Positions 19,522 to 29,547 of a DNA stretch of 64,000 bases are shown here, one piece after another. The first letter of the stretch is position 1, and the number at the start of each line of letters is the position of its first letter. Source of the stretch: Leptolyngbyaceae cyanobacterium (lineage in GTDB: Bacteria > Cyanobacteriota > Cyanobacteriia > Phormidesmidales > Phormidesmidaceae); contig CBDHHL010000056.1 of assembly GCA_965263355.1 (NCBI GenBank), forward strand, positions 1,248,001 to 1,312,000, given 5' to 3'. A program made the position numbers and the translations under genes. The notes below the pieces were generated by a model that made no database searches, was not told the origin of the DNA, and saw nothing but the letters and a program-made list of their open reading frames with translations.

Positions 19522-20550
19522 ATGAACCAATCCACTTCTTTTTCTACAGGTTCACCTACGTCCAGCAGCAAACCAACTAAACAGCGCGCTAACCAGTCCC
19601 CACTGTACACAACTGATGCTGTGCGAAGTTACTTACACGAAATTAGCCGTATATCTTTGCTAATTCCTGAGCAAGAAACCAGCTTGGGTAGACAAGTGCA
19701 ACGATTAATGGCGCTGTTAGAGTACCAAACTTGTTTATCAAAAACACTAGGACGATTACCATCCAAGGCAGAATGGGCTACGGTTACCGAATTAACTGAA
19801 GCGGCCTTAGAACAACAAATTCTTGAAGGACAGCGGGCTAAACGTAAAATGATCGAAGCCAATTTGCGTTTTGTAGTAGCGATTGCCAAGAAATATCAAG
19901 GACGTAATTTAGATTTATTAGACTTAATCCAGGAGGGAACGTTAGGACTCGAACGCGCTGTTGAAAAGTTTGATCCAACCAAGGGGTATAAATTTTCAAC
20001 CTACGCCTACTGGTGGATTCGCCAAGGGATAACTCGAGCGATTGCTCAACAGTCACGGACAATTCGCTTACCCATTCATGTTACCGAACAACTTAACCAG
20101 ATTAAGAGGATTCAACGCGAACTCTCTCAGAAACTAGGTCGAAAACCCTCACTACTTGAAGTCTCCCAGGAGTTAAACCTAGAACCAGAAAAAATGCACG
20201 AATACTTGCTTATGTCCACTAAGCCTGTATCCCTTGACATATGTGTAGGAGACAATCAAGATACGGAACTACAGGAGCTATTAGAAGACAATAGTATCTC
20301 TCCCGAAGATTTCATCATTTACCAAGCACTACGCCAAGATATTCAGGCCATGCTTTCTGAACTACCCCTCCAGCAACAAGAGATCATCAGGTTACGATTT
20401 GGGCTTAATGATGGTGTACAATTATCCCTTGTTAAAGTTGGTGCACGCATGGGCATTAGCCGAGAGCGGGTTCGTCAACTAGAGCATCAAGCTTTAAAGT
20501 CACTACGTCGCAAAAAAGCAAAAATCAAAGGGTATCTGGTAGCCAGTTAG
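19522..20550 (+). CDS. Group 2 sigma-70 factor (SigB/SigC-like)
   Basis: DAVRSYLHEI, MIEANLRFVVAIAKKY, DLIQEG, GYKFSTYAYWWIRQ, SRERVRQLE; no region 1.1. Confidence 0.93.
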   Translation: MNQSTSFSTGSPTSSSKPTKQRANQSPLYTTDAVRSYLHEISRISLLIPEQETSLGRQVQRLMALLEYQTCLSKTLGRLPSKAEWATVTELTEAALEQQILEGQRAKRKMIEANLRFVVAIAKKYQGRNLDLLDLIQEGTLGLERAVEKFDPTKGYKFSTYAYWWIRQGITRAIAQQSRTIRLPIHVTEQLNQIKRIQRELSQKLGRKPSLLEVSQELNLEPEKMHEYLLMSTKPVSLDICVGDNQDTELQELLEDNSISPEDFIIYQALRQDIQAMLSELPLQQQEIIRLRFGLNDGVQLSLVKVGARMGISRERVRQLEHQALKSLRRKKAKIKGYLVAS

Positions 20551-20710
20551 CTAAAGAAGGGATAAATTATGCATCCGGTAAAATCATCTCTAAACGGAAG
20601 CAAGATTGGACTGCGGATTTATAATCAACGACAGGATTTACATTCCTACGATCTAAATCTTGCGATCGCTTACGCCCAGGCTTACCACGATCCCCCGATA
20701 TCTGCAACGA

Positions 20711-21313
20711 CTAAATCGACTGAACCTGAGCCACAGTACCCTTAGCATATTGAGCATCCATTCCCTTCACCCCCTGCTGAAACTGAGCATACGGCCCCTG
20801 ATACAACAAATGAGTCACCGTCTCCGCCGACTCCCCAGCCCTCAGCGCAGCAGCCACCACCTGTTGGTCCAACTGAATCGCCGCCAGGTCGCTACTCACA
20901 TGCTCCCGATACAAATCAGCGTAACTCTGAATTTTGCCAGTCACCGCATTCGCATATTCCGTATACCGCTGCTTCTGAGCTGTATCCACCTGCGTTTTAG
21001 CATAGTGCAGTAGCTTGGGCAGAGCCGCCTTCTTCTCCTCTGGAGACTGCGCCCTCGTCTCACACTGCACATAGGGTCCCTAAGCAACAAACTGAATCAC
21101 CTGCCGGGGAGAATGACCTGCCTGTAATGCAACCTGAGCAACTGTGCGGTCCAGTTGTTGAGCTGTCTGTTGATCCTCAGGATTCTCACTCGCGTAAGCC
21201 TGAAATAACGTTTGATAATCCTCAAAATTCACTCTTAGAGCAGCCTTTGCTAGAACTAAATACTGTTCTCGTGCCTGCTGTCCCTTTTCCGTATCAGGCT
21301 CCCGAGGCCGCAA
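20711..21313 (-). pseudogene. Plasmid-type helical-repeat protein split by in-frame TAG
   Basis: 21080..21313 and 20711..21070 are in one frame (FVA*GPYVQ); two internal units LDxxVxxxALxAG…GPYxQ. Confidence 0.6.
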
Positions 21314-21373
21314 TGGAGCCTCTTCTCAAGTCGTTTCTTTATCCGCTTTAGGAGACTTAGCCATGATCAATTC

Positions 21374-21787
21374 CTACAACACATTCGAAAAGTCGTTGAG
21401 TAGATCATCTTGAGCCAACAGAGAAATCTCTCCTGTCGGTACCGCCATTGGGCTAATATTTGGAAATTCAGGCTGATCAGATTCGCTCGACGGGGGCTCA
21501 ATCCCAAACGTTTCCCGCAAATGCTGAATTTGCTCTTCCATTCGAATGATGGACTGACGAGCCAGGTCCTTTAGCTCTGCCTCCGAATGCTTACCAGTAT
21601 CCTGATAGGCAAAGGGTAGCCAGAAGGCGCGAGCCGCAGTAGCCGCCTTTTCTTTGCCTTTGTAGGTACGATGAATCAGCCAGCTATAAGTGACACCATT
21701 AGGGGAACTGCGATCTGGCTCAAAAATAAAGCGCACCCGTGACTTAGTGGGTTTATTTGGATCATCGTTACTGGGCTTGCGAGGCAT
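21374..21787 (-). CDS. Hypothetical protein of plasmid type (possibly a ParM-partner-like adaptor)
   Basis: Clean 137-aa ORF with ARAFWLPFAY motif; function is inference only. Confidence 0.45.
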   Translation of the reverse strand: MPRKPSNDDPNKPTKSRVRFIFEPDRSSPNGVTYSWLIHRTYKGKEKAATAARAFWLPFAYQDTGKHSEAELKDLARQSIIRMEEQIQHLRETFGIEPPSSESDQPEFPNISPMAVPTGEISLLAQDDLLNDFSNVL

Positions 21788-22028
21788 AGTGAAACATACA
21801 GATTTTGTCTATAGCCTAGCCTTTGCACCTATAGATGCTGACACCTTGCTAAATAAGTTAATATTTTAAGAGTTAAATTTGATTCATAGCGGATACAGTG
21901 CTGATCATTTTTACTCAGGAGCACCACCTAATTGGTTTTCAGGTCAGGTAAACGTCATGGTATCGGCACTCCATAGCTCCTATAACTGATCACCTACAAT
22001 AGGAAGATAGCGATGCGACCACACCAAC

Positions 22029-22820
22029 ATGGTTTCACAACCGCTCAAAACTATTCTGCCTAGTACAACAGAGCTGCCCTGCTCTGACGATACTCCTGTG
22101 GATAACGTAGGCCCCAGGACGTGGCGAAGCCAAGACCAGAATCTACTGCCCAATCTATTGCTGTTTCTATTGACTCGTATCTGGTCAGAGCGCATGGATT
22201 GGTTCTTCGGCGTAGACATGGCGGTGTATCACACAACAGGGTTAAGTCCGAAAGTCCCTGTTGTGCCCGATGCATTTCTAAGCTTGGGTGTGGAACGCAA
22301 AAAAGGTGGTAAATCCCGTAGAAGCTATGCCACCTGGGAAGAAAATGACACGGTGCCAGTCCTGGCATTAGAGATGGTATCCCATCAACCTAATGATGAA
22401 TATGATGCCAAGCGTGATCTCTATGCCAAGTTGGGCGTCCTCTACTATGTGGTTTACAACCCAGAGTATTGGCAACGGGACCGGCACCAGCCGTTTGAGG
22501 TCTACAAATTGATCGGCCAAACTTATAAACTGCAAATTGGCGAACCCTTTTGGATGCCTGAAGTAGGCATTGGCATTGGTCGCAGTCGTCGCATCTTAGG
22601 CGGAATTGAACAGGAAGTGCTGCTATGGTTCGATGCTGACGGTAAAGCCTATCCAACACCGGACGAAATTATTGAGTCTACAGAATCTGAGCTTATTGCA
22701 GAACGTCAGAAAGCTGAGGCTGAGAAGCAACGAGCTGATGCAGAACGTCAGAGAGCCGATCAGCTGGCCGAATACTTGCGATCGCTTTTGGAGATGACTG
22801 GAAATTTAAGGTGGAGTTAG
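22029..22820 (+). CDS. Uma2-family (DUF820) endonuclease-like protein
   Basis: DDTPVDN, VVPDAFLSLGV, LALEMVS, YAKLGVLYYVVYNP, AEAEKQRAD coiled tail. Confidence 0.9.
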   Translation: MVSQPLKTILPSTTELPCSDDTPVDNVGPRTWRSQDQNLLPNLLLFLLTRIWSERMDWFFGVDMAVYHTTGLSPKVPVVPDAFLSLGVERKKGGKSRRSYATWEENDTVPVLALEMVSHQPNDEYDAKRDLYAKLGVLYYVVYNPEYWQRDRHQPFEVYKLIGQTYKLQIGEPFWMPEVGIGIGRSRRILGGIEQEVLLWFDADGKAYPTPDEIIESTESELIAERQKAEAEKQRADAERQRADQLAEYLRSLLEMTGNLRWS

Positions 22821-22899
22821 TAGACATTCAGGACGCCGATTCAGAACAACAAGAACCTAAAATTCTAGAATCTAAGGGCAAATCTTCCGAACAATATGG

Positions 22900-23663
22900 T
22901 TGGTATGGGGAGTAAACTATTCGATGAATGCGCGGCTTAGTCCATTTTTCAGTCATACTGACGTAGACGCACTTTCTCTCACAGCGTCAGAGGTTCAGCA
23001 TCTGCAGCAACAGTCAATTGATCATCAGCATCCAGGTAATATTCTGCATGACTTTCAGGTTCTACTCGATTTCCTGACTCCTAACGGCACAAATGTTAGC
23101 AGTGCTCATAATTTCCTTCCCATGAAGTCTTTGGCTGACCTCAATCAGCGCTTTAGTCATCCGCTTGCGATCACCCTCAAACGTCCCCAGCAGAAGTCAT
23201 TTCCCTACATTCATGGCCTGTATCTGCTGTTGCGTACTTCTGGCTTAACGCTTGTTCAGGCTAAGGGCAAAAAGCAACAACTCGTACTCGATGAGGTTGT
23301 ACTCAATGCTTGGCATCAACTCAACCTAACCGATTTGACACAGATCACCTCTATCAGTTTTCCTACAAGGATCGGTTTGGTATTCTCCAAACTGTCATTC
23401 ATCCTGAAATCAATAGACCTCCCCATACGAACGAAACCTTAATTGGTGATTTACCCCTTGCTCCTGGAGCCAACATGACCTATCTCTATGATTTTGGAGA
23501 TCGCTGGAAATTTCAGGTGGAGCTTGAGAAAATGGAACCTCCTAATCCTCAGCTGAGCAAACCGCAAATACTGGCAACCCAGGGTGAAACTCCTCAACAA
23601 TATTGGGATGAAAATAGCTGGGATGGTGAGTGGGATGCAGGCGATTGGAATGAATATAACTAA
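22900..23663 (+). pseudogene. pRiA4b ORF-3-like protein, frameshifted and probably internally deleted
   Basis: Frame switch near 23335; C-terminal FDTDHLYQF…YLYDFGDRWKFQVELE…GETPQQY. Confidence 0.7.
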
Positions 23664-23783
23664 CTTGCATTTTATACTACCGTTTCTAATCATTGAAGTT
23701 GTTCTCTCAACAACGGACGGTTTTATGAGTAGGCATGCCTGAATGAGCACTTGTTTAATAACGTTTCAGGCTTTTAATCACTT

Positions 23784-24014
23784 TCAAGTCAAAGCCTTGA
23801 GAGCTTTGCACTGTGACGTTTTAGCAATCTTCATGGCTGTTTTTAAGTGGATGTCACGCTCGTAATTGACGTGAGCTTTCACAAGCTTAACAACAGACTG
23901 GGCATAGACTTGAGGCTCAGCAGTCTCAGCCAAAGCGGTAAAATAGGCAGGCAGTACTTTTCTCCAGTCAACACCAACCTGCCAGGATCCGGCTTCATCG
24001 GCAAAAAAGATAAT
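23784..24014 (-). pseudogene. 3' remnant of a hypothetical gene
   Basis: Manual translation IIFFADEAGSWQVGVDWRKVLPAYF…KALT*; no start, in-frame TGA just upstream. Confidence 0.45.
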
Positions 24015-24525
24015 GTTATCGTATCAATACTCAATGTATAACCCCAATCAACCGTTGCATACGGCAACTACCCAAGATTTATGGACAGCGCTTCTCCTTA
24101 AACGACGCTTCAACAACTTTGACCCGGAGCCGATTGTGCAAGACCTTTATGCCCAGCCACAGCTATGGCGCAAATTCTGGTTAGGATGGCTAGTATTTGA
24201 CGTTGCTTTTTACCAAAAGACAAACGAAGCACCGATCGCCCGTCTGCTAGAAATGCTTGTTTATGCCAGTGATGAGCGGCTGTATAAAAATGATGTTTTG
24301 TACATTCAGAGTGCCGATGATGAATGTGTTGCGCCTTTACTGGAGCTAGCGAAACAATGGCAGGTAGATAACTGTGAAGTTTATGATCGCACCCGACTAG
24401 CAAAAATTTTAGGCCGATTAGAAACCCTAATCGATGTGCTGGGCGAAGAAAAAATGACGCGCCAGATTGAGCAGTGGAAGGACCGTGGATGCTGTAGTCC
24501 CGTCATTGCGATGTGGTGGGATTAA
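24013..24525 (+). CDS. Hypothetical protein
   Basis: 170-aa ORF (RRFNNFDPE…MWWD); true start may be ATG 24034. Confidence 0.6.
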   Translation: MLSYQYSMYNPNQPLHTATTQDLWTALLLKRRFNNFDPEPIVQDLYAQPQLWRKFWLGWLVFDVAFYQKTNEAPIARLLEMLVYASDERLYKNDVLYIQSADDECVAPLLELAKQWQVDNCEVYDRTRLAKILGRLETLIDVLGEEKMTRQIEQWKDRGCCSPVIAMWWD

Positions 24526-24554
24526 AATAAAAATATGCGATTCAGGTCCACACT

Positions 24555-25352
24555 ATGACCCCACAGCAGATTCTAGATAACCAACCTCTAGAAAACGAGG
24601 ACATCGTAACCGAACTCGATATCAGTCACCTGGTGATCGAGGATGATACCCCAGTGGATAATTTTCAATCAGCTCAGCAACAGCGCTTGCTGGTAGAGCC
24701 ACTTTATAGCAGCCAGACGTTACCGCTACCATTTATTGCAGAAGCAAGTGTAGGCTTATTTTATAAGCTCAAGGGCGATCCGCCTATTGTGCCGGACGTA
24801 ATGCTGAGTCTGGGGGTCCAAAGAGCTGCTGATTATGCTAATCGACGAGACCGCTCTTACTTCGTTTGGGAATTTGGCAAAGTACCCGAAGTTTGTATTG
24901 AAATTGTGTCCAATCAGGAAGGCGATGAGGTTACTCTCAGCCAAAAATCCAAGCAAAAGGGGAAAGCCTCAAGTAAGCGGGACATCTATGCCCAGATTGG
25001 TGTGCCCTACTACGTCGTGTTTGATCCCTTACAGCAAATCCAAGATGAAGCCAATATGAATGGGGCACTTTTGCGCGTATGGATGATTTCCCCGATAGGC
25101 TATCAGGAACTCACAACCGCAGAGGGCATCGCCAATACGGACCAATCAGTCTGGCTCGAAGGTGCTGGTGTAGGGCTAACGCTGTGGGAAGGTCCGTTTG
25201 AAGAGGAGATATCTCGGCTGTGGTTGAGGTGGTGCGATCACAATGGCCAAATCATCCCCACTGGCGCGGAGGGCCAAGAAATCGAACGGCAACGCGCAGA
25301 CCGCCTGGCTGAACGCTTACGAGCCATGGGAATCAACCCTGACGAAATCTGA
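24555..25352 (+). CDS. Uma2-family (DUF820) endonuclease-like protein
   Basis: EDDTPVDN, IVPDVMLSLGV, PEVCIEIVS, YAQIGVPYYVVFDP, LRAMGINPDEI. Confidence 0.92.
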   Translation: MTPQQILDNQPLENEDIVTELDISHLVIEDDTPVDNFQSAQQQRLLVEPLYSSQTLPLPFIAEASVGLFYKLKGDPPIVPDVMLSLGVQRAADYANRRDRSYFVWEFGKVPEVCIEIVSNQEGDEVTLSQKSKQKGKASSKRDIYAQIGVPYYVVFDPLQQIQDEANMNGALLRVWMISPIGYQELTTAEGIANTDQSVWLEGAGVGLTLWEGPFEEEISRLWLRWCDHNGQIIPTGAEGQEIERQRADRLAERLRAMGINPDEI

Positions 25353-25388
25353 ATTCAACAGGTTCATGTGAAGCTCCATCCTCAGTGC

Positions 25389-25670
25389 AGCAGTAGAGTA
25401 GCTGAGTCATGATCAGCTACTCTACTGCTCGACAAATTCTTTACGAAGAGTAGCGCAAAAAATTAGTACAAGAATGGCTCTACATGACTTTCAAGGAGGC
25501 CTGAGCCAAAAATACTTAAAACCTTTACTGTGCATAGCTTTAGCTTTGGAGGTTCAAAATATCTGAAGCCTACTCGCTATGATGATAGAGCAGCTGATTA
25601 ACGGTCAGCTCATCTAATCTTGACGAATTTTTTGACAAAAAATGCCGCGAAAAATTAGTACATAAACTCG
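25389..25670. repeat. Two diverged direct repeats (192-bp period), each an inverted repeat with 7-bp spacer plus AAAAATTAGTACA
   Basis: TAGAGTAGCTGA-GTCATGA-TCAGCTACTCTA (25394-25424) and TAGAGCAGCTGA-TTAACGG-TCAGCTCATCTA (25586-25616); 13-mer at 25458 and 25650. Confidence 0.75.
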
Positions 25671-26219
25671 CACAGCATTTTTCACTCACCATAAAAACTT
25701 TGCCAGAAAATAAATTTAGCCTTTGAGTAGTTCTTTTGTAATCAGCCGGTCGAATAATTTCTCTAACCAAACCGGGTCTATACTGCCAAAGTATTCAAGG
25801 CATAACTCTTTTGAAGGAAGAGATTCATTACCAATAGAGGTGCCCTTTAGCAACACAGGTTTAACCGTTAACAATAACAAAGAGTGTTTTACAGGCTTAC
25901 CCATTCACTATATCGCTGTCTTCGTTTCCCTTATCTTTACAGCGAGCTTTTTCTTACTTTAAAGATGTATCAGAGCACAGGGGCAATCTTTTGTACGGTT
26001 CGGCTAAGTTCACCATCGAAGACTTACCCTGCGATATTGGAGCAGCCAGCCAAGACTTCGTATTATCGTATTAGATGTAAACCCCTAAGCTTGCCAACTA
26101 AATGTTGTCATCGAACAAAACTAGTTGCGCATTTATAACCAGAAAGATCGGCCATTTGTTGGTATTACAAATTAGTTGAGTGTCCTAAACTCCATGTATG
26201 TGCTGAAGGACTATGAACA

Positions 26220-26372
26220 ATGCCAACTGAACAGATGACAATTTATGTACCAGTACGCGTAAAAAAAGCGATCAAAGAACTGGCGTCTGCTAAAGATCAA
26301 TCGATGAACACAATTGTGGTAGAAGCACTGGAACTTGCGATCGCAGAGTGGACCAGCCAAAACACTTTCTAA
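26220..26372 (+). CDS. Small Arc/CopG-like ribbon-helix-helix protein (50 aa, not in ORF track)
   Basis: MPTEQMTIYVPVRVKKAIKELASAKDQSMNTIVVEALELAIAEWTSQNTF*; AAGGA upstream. Confidence 0.7.
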   Translation: MPTEQMTIYVPVRVKKAIKELASAKDQSMNTIVVEALELAIAEWTSQNTF

Positions 26373-26639
26373 CCTGTAACCTTTAGAACACGAGTAGCCT
26401 GGTACAAGAGAATAGATAGAAAAGGAGATGCACCCCCATGGTTTGTGTCCTGCTCATAAGAGCTATTTGTTGGCACATACACCCTGTGTCCGAACTCAGA
26501 CTTTTAGCTGAGCTTTCTACGCTATGACAGTAATGATAGGAGAAAATGCTCTCCTGTGCGCAAGAGTGTACATTATTAGAGCGTTCTTTACGATTGCCTA
26601 ATGTAGATCCAAAGAATATCTAGAAACTGTGAAGCGCTA

Positions 26640-27939
26640 CTAGGACAGCTGTTGTCTATGCCATTCACGAGCTTGCTCTCGAATGGCATTGTATTCTTCT
26701 GTGGACATTTTATCCAAGTTTCTTAAGATAAAATTCATTCGCCCTTGGGTCTGTAGTATATCGCGGTGACGGGCGAGGAAATCCCAGTAGAAAACGTTAA
26801 ACGGGCAGGCCTGAGCGCCGGTACGGGCCTTAGGATTGTATTGGCAGCCCTTACAGTAATCACTCATCCGGTTAATGTAGTTGGCTGAGGCTGCATAGGG
26901 TTTAGTGGCGAGTATGCCTCCATCAGCAAAAAGACCCATGCCAATCACATTGGTTTGCATCACCCAGTCATAGGCATCGATAAAGGCAGCATGAAACCAT
27001 GACTCGACTGCCTGGGGGGAAAGTCCAGCTATCAGGGCAAAATTGCTAAGGACCATCAACCGCTGAATATGGTGGTTATAGCCGGTTCGTTTGACCTGGT
27101 CAACACTCTGGTGCAGACAGTTCATAGGAGTATCGCCAGTCCAGAAAAAGTCTGGTAAGGGCTGATGGTGATCAAAAAAATTCTTTTCTGGATAGTCCTC
27201 ATCCACGTAGCTATAGAGACCGCGCATATACTCTCGCCAGCCTAAAACCTGACGGATAAAGCCTTCCACACTATTAAGCGGCAGGTTTTGTTGATGATAA
27301 GCGGTCTCTACCGCTTGAATAACTTCTAGGGGATGCAATAGCCCTATATTCAAGTTCAGGTTCAAACCACTGGGGTGCAGGGGGATTCATCCCTTTTTTA
27401 GGCGGTTTTCGGTTTTCCTTGTCATAGTTCCACTGACCGCCAATAGGGGTAGGTTTTGGGGTTGTCTCCGCCATGAGAATGCCATAGCGTTTGCGCCCTT
27501 CTCGATAAAACGACTCCATTAACAAGCGTTTACGACCGTCGGCCCACTGTTTAAATTCAGTAACGGACCATAGAAAGTGATTGTTGGGGACAAGGGTCAG
27601 CTGGCAAGGAAGTTTCAGGGTGTTAAGAAAACGAGCAAAGGGGCGGTCGGCAGGCTCCATAACCCGCAGTTCGGTAATCTTGTTATGGTTAAGCCACTGG
27701 TGTAAGGGCGTAGCAAAATCGTCAGTCACTTCATAGGCCACAGTGCGACCTGCCGCTTTTAACTCAGCTGCAAAGTGACGCATGGCCGACCACACCAGTA
27801 CTAGCTTTTGTCGGTGATAACGGCGTTCAGTACTGTGACGCTGGGATTCAATTAGGATAACGGGTGCTTCAGGTGCGCTGGCTAAGGCTGCCTGATTGTG
27901 CCACAGCTGATCCCCCAAGATCCAAATTCCAATAGTCAT
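26640..27939 (-). pseudogene. Cryptochrome/photolyase-related protein (FeS-BCP, PhrB/CryB-like), frameshifted by internal deletion
   Basis: ILGDQL, YHRQKLVLVWSAMRHF, GGQWNYDKENRK in one ORF; LNIGLL, FIRQVLGWREY, HHIQRLM and four Cys in a second frame; junction near 27355. Confidence 0.85.
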
Positions 27940-28125
27940 ACCCTAAGATGTCATTTGTATATATTCTTTAACTTATGGTGTTTTCCTGGGCACGCGCTAG
28001 TATTTGCGTATAGCGAATGTTCTGATGCACGAAGTGCAACTATCAGCAAGCTATACGACAGCTTAATTGGCAGCTTTAAAGCTAAAGTTTGCGCTGCATG
28101 TTCCCAAAATCAGGAGGCTATCTCC

Positions 28126-28815
28126 ATGAGTGCTGCTGAAGCCACACCCTGTGTTTTATTGGTAGAAGCGAATGAAGAATTGGCCCAGGATGTCAGTAAC
28201 GATCTGCGGGAGTCGGGCTATATTCCATTGGTGGCGACTACCATAGACTCGGGTTTACAGGAAGTGCGTGACCGTCATCCAGCACTGATTGTGGTAAATC
28301 GGATGTTGGCGGGCGAGTCGGGGTTGGATCTGTGTCAGCAGTTGCGATCGCAAGGTGACCGTACCCCAATGTTACTGATGATGGCCCGTGACAACCTGGA
28401 TGATCGGGTGGCCTGCATTGAGTCTGGAGCCGACGATTATTTTCTCAAACCCTACCGCAGCGATGAGTTTCTCGCCCTGGTCAGCGCCTATCTGCAACCC
28501 AGCGACAACGGTGTTGAGCAGCTAATCTTTGGTGAGCTGACCCTCAACGTGACCACCCGTCAAGCCAAGCGTGGCAATCGCCTCATTGACCTGACCATGA
28601 AAGAATTTGAGCTACTTAAATATTTAATGGAGCATCCCCGTGAAGTCCTCACCCGCGAGCAAATTCTAGAAAACGTCTGGGGATACAACTTTATGGGCGA
28701 ATCCAACGTGATTGAAGTGTACATTCGCTACCTACGCCTAAAAATCGACGCCGATGGCGAAAAGCGCCTAATCCAGACCGTACGTGGCGTCGGATACGTA
28801 TTACGCGAAACATAA
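28126..28815 (+). CDS. nblR: OmpR-family response regulator NblR
   Basis: Atypical receiver (VEANEE…VVNRMLAGESG), winged helix ENVWGYNFMGESNVIEVYIRYLR; AGGAGG before ATG 28126; next to DUF192. Confidence 0.82.
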   Translation: MSAAEATPCVLLVEANEELAQDVSNDLRESGYIPLVATTIDSGLQEVRDRHPALIVVNRMLAGESGLDLCQQLRSQGDRTPMLLMMARDNLDDRVACIESGADDYFLKPYRSDEFLALVSAYLQPSDNGVEQLIFGELTLNVTTRQAKRGNRLIDLTMKEFELLKYLMEHPREVLTREQILENVWGYNFMGESNVIEVYIRYLRLKIDADGEKRLIQTVRGVGYVLRET

Positions 28816-28884
28816 TCATGGGGAAAATGTAAACACCGGACCGCCATCGACAATGGAAAAAAATGGACAAGGTTAAAATAGTCG

Positions 28885-29520
28885 ATGCCTACTGGCAGTG
28901 GACGATGGTACATCGTAATGTTTAGCAAAGGAATCCATACCAGCGTGAACAATTGGCCCCAAAAGCACTATTTACCCGTATTAATCCTTTGCTGTTTATT
29001 AGTTGCCTGTAGCAGCGGTTCAGCCCCAACTGAGGAGATCAGTTCTACTCAGTCTAGTAGTCGCGTTGCTACAGCAGAAACCACTGGCACGCTGACTGTT
29101 GAAGCCCCTTCTAACAAATCACCTATCGGATCTGGCCAAGTGCTTCCCATTACTGCCCAAGCCATCATTGCAGGCGAAACCTTTGACCTGGAAGTTGCCC
29201 GTACACCTCGTCAACAACAGCTTGGTCTGATGTTCCGCGAGGCTCTACCTGATAACCAGGGTATGTTATTTCCCTTTAACCCACCGCGTCCCGCCCATTT
29301 CTGGATGAAAAATGTACCTGTGGGGCTGGACATGGTGTTTTTGTATCAGGGTAATGTGCAAGGTATTTTCGAAGCGCCGCCCTGCACGGCAGATCCTTGC
29401 CCTACCTACGGTCCTGGAAATCTGCTAGTGGACAATGTGATTGAGCTGCGCATTGGCCGGGCAGCGGAGTTAGGTCTGCAGGAAGGAGATGCGGTGGAGA
29501 TTACGTTTTTGGATTTGTAG
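28885..29520 (+). CDS. DUF192-family lipoprotein
   Basis: LVAC lipobox; GLMFR, GMLFPF, FWMKN, VIEL; true start probably downstream. Confidence 0.85.
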   Translation: MPTGSGRWYIVMFSKGIHTSVNNWPQKHYLPVLILCCLLVACSSGSAPTEEISSTQSSSRVATAETTGTLTVEAPSNKSPIGSGQVLPITAQAIIAGETFDLEVARTPRQQQLGLMFREALPDNQGMLFPFNPPRPAHFWMKNVPVGLDMVFLYQGNVQGIFEAPPCTADPCPTYGPGNLLVDNVIELRIGRAAELGLQEGDAVEITFLDL

Positions 29521-29546
29521 GGGCGCAGCATGCTGCGCCCACAGGA
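29517..29546. repeat. REP-like GTAG palindrome between convergent genes
   Basis: GTAGGGGCGCAGCATGCTGCGCCCAC; related element at ~39040-39066 (GGGCAACCACAAGGGATTGCCCCTAC). Confidence 0.6.
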
Positions 29547-29547
29547 T

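Noticed and set aside
25570..26138. Short ORFs and a possible tRNA at the island boundary
   Set aside because: ORFs are motif-free and overlap on both strands; no cloverleaf or T-loop found by eye
27898..28125. 76-aa N-terminal extension of NblR from GTG 27898
   Set aside because: Overlaps the divergent gene; a strong RBS supports ATG 28126
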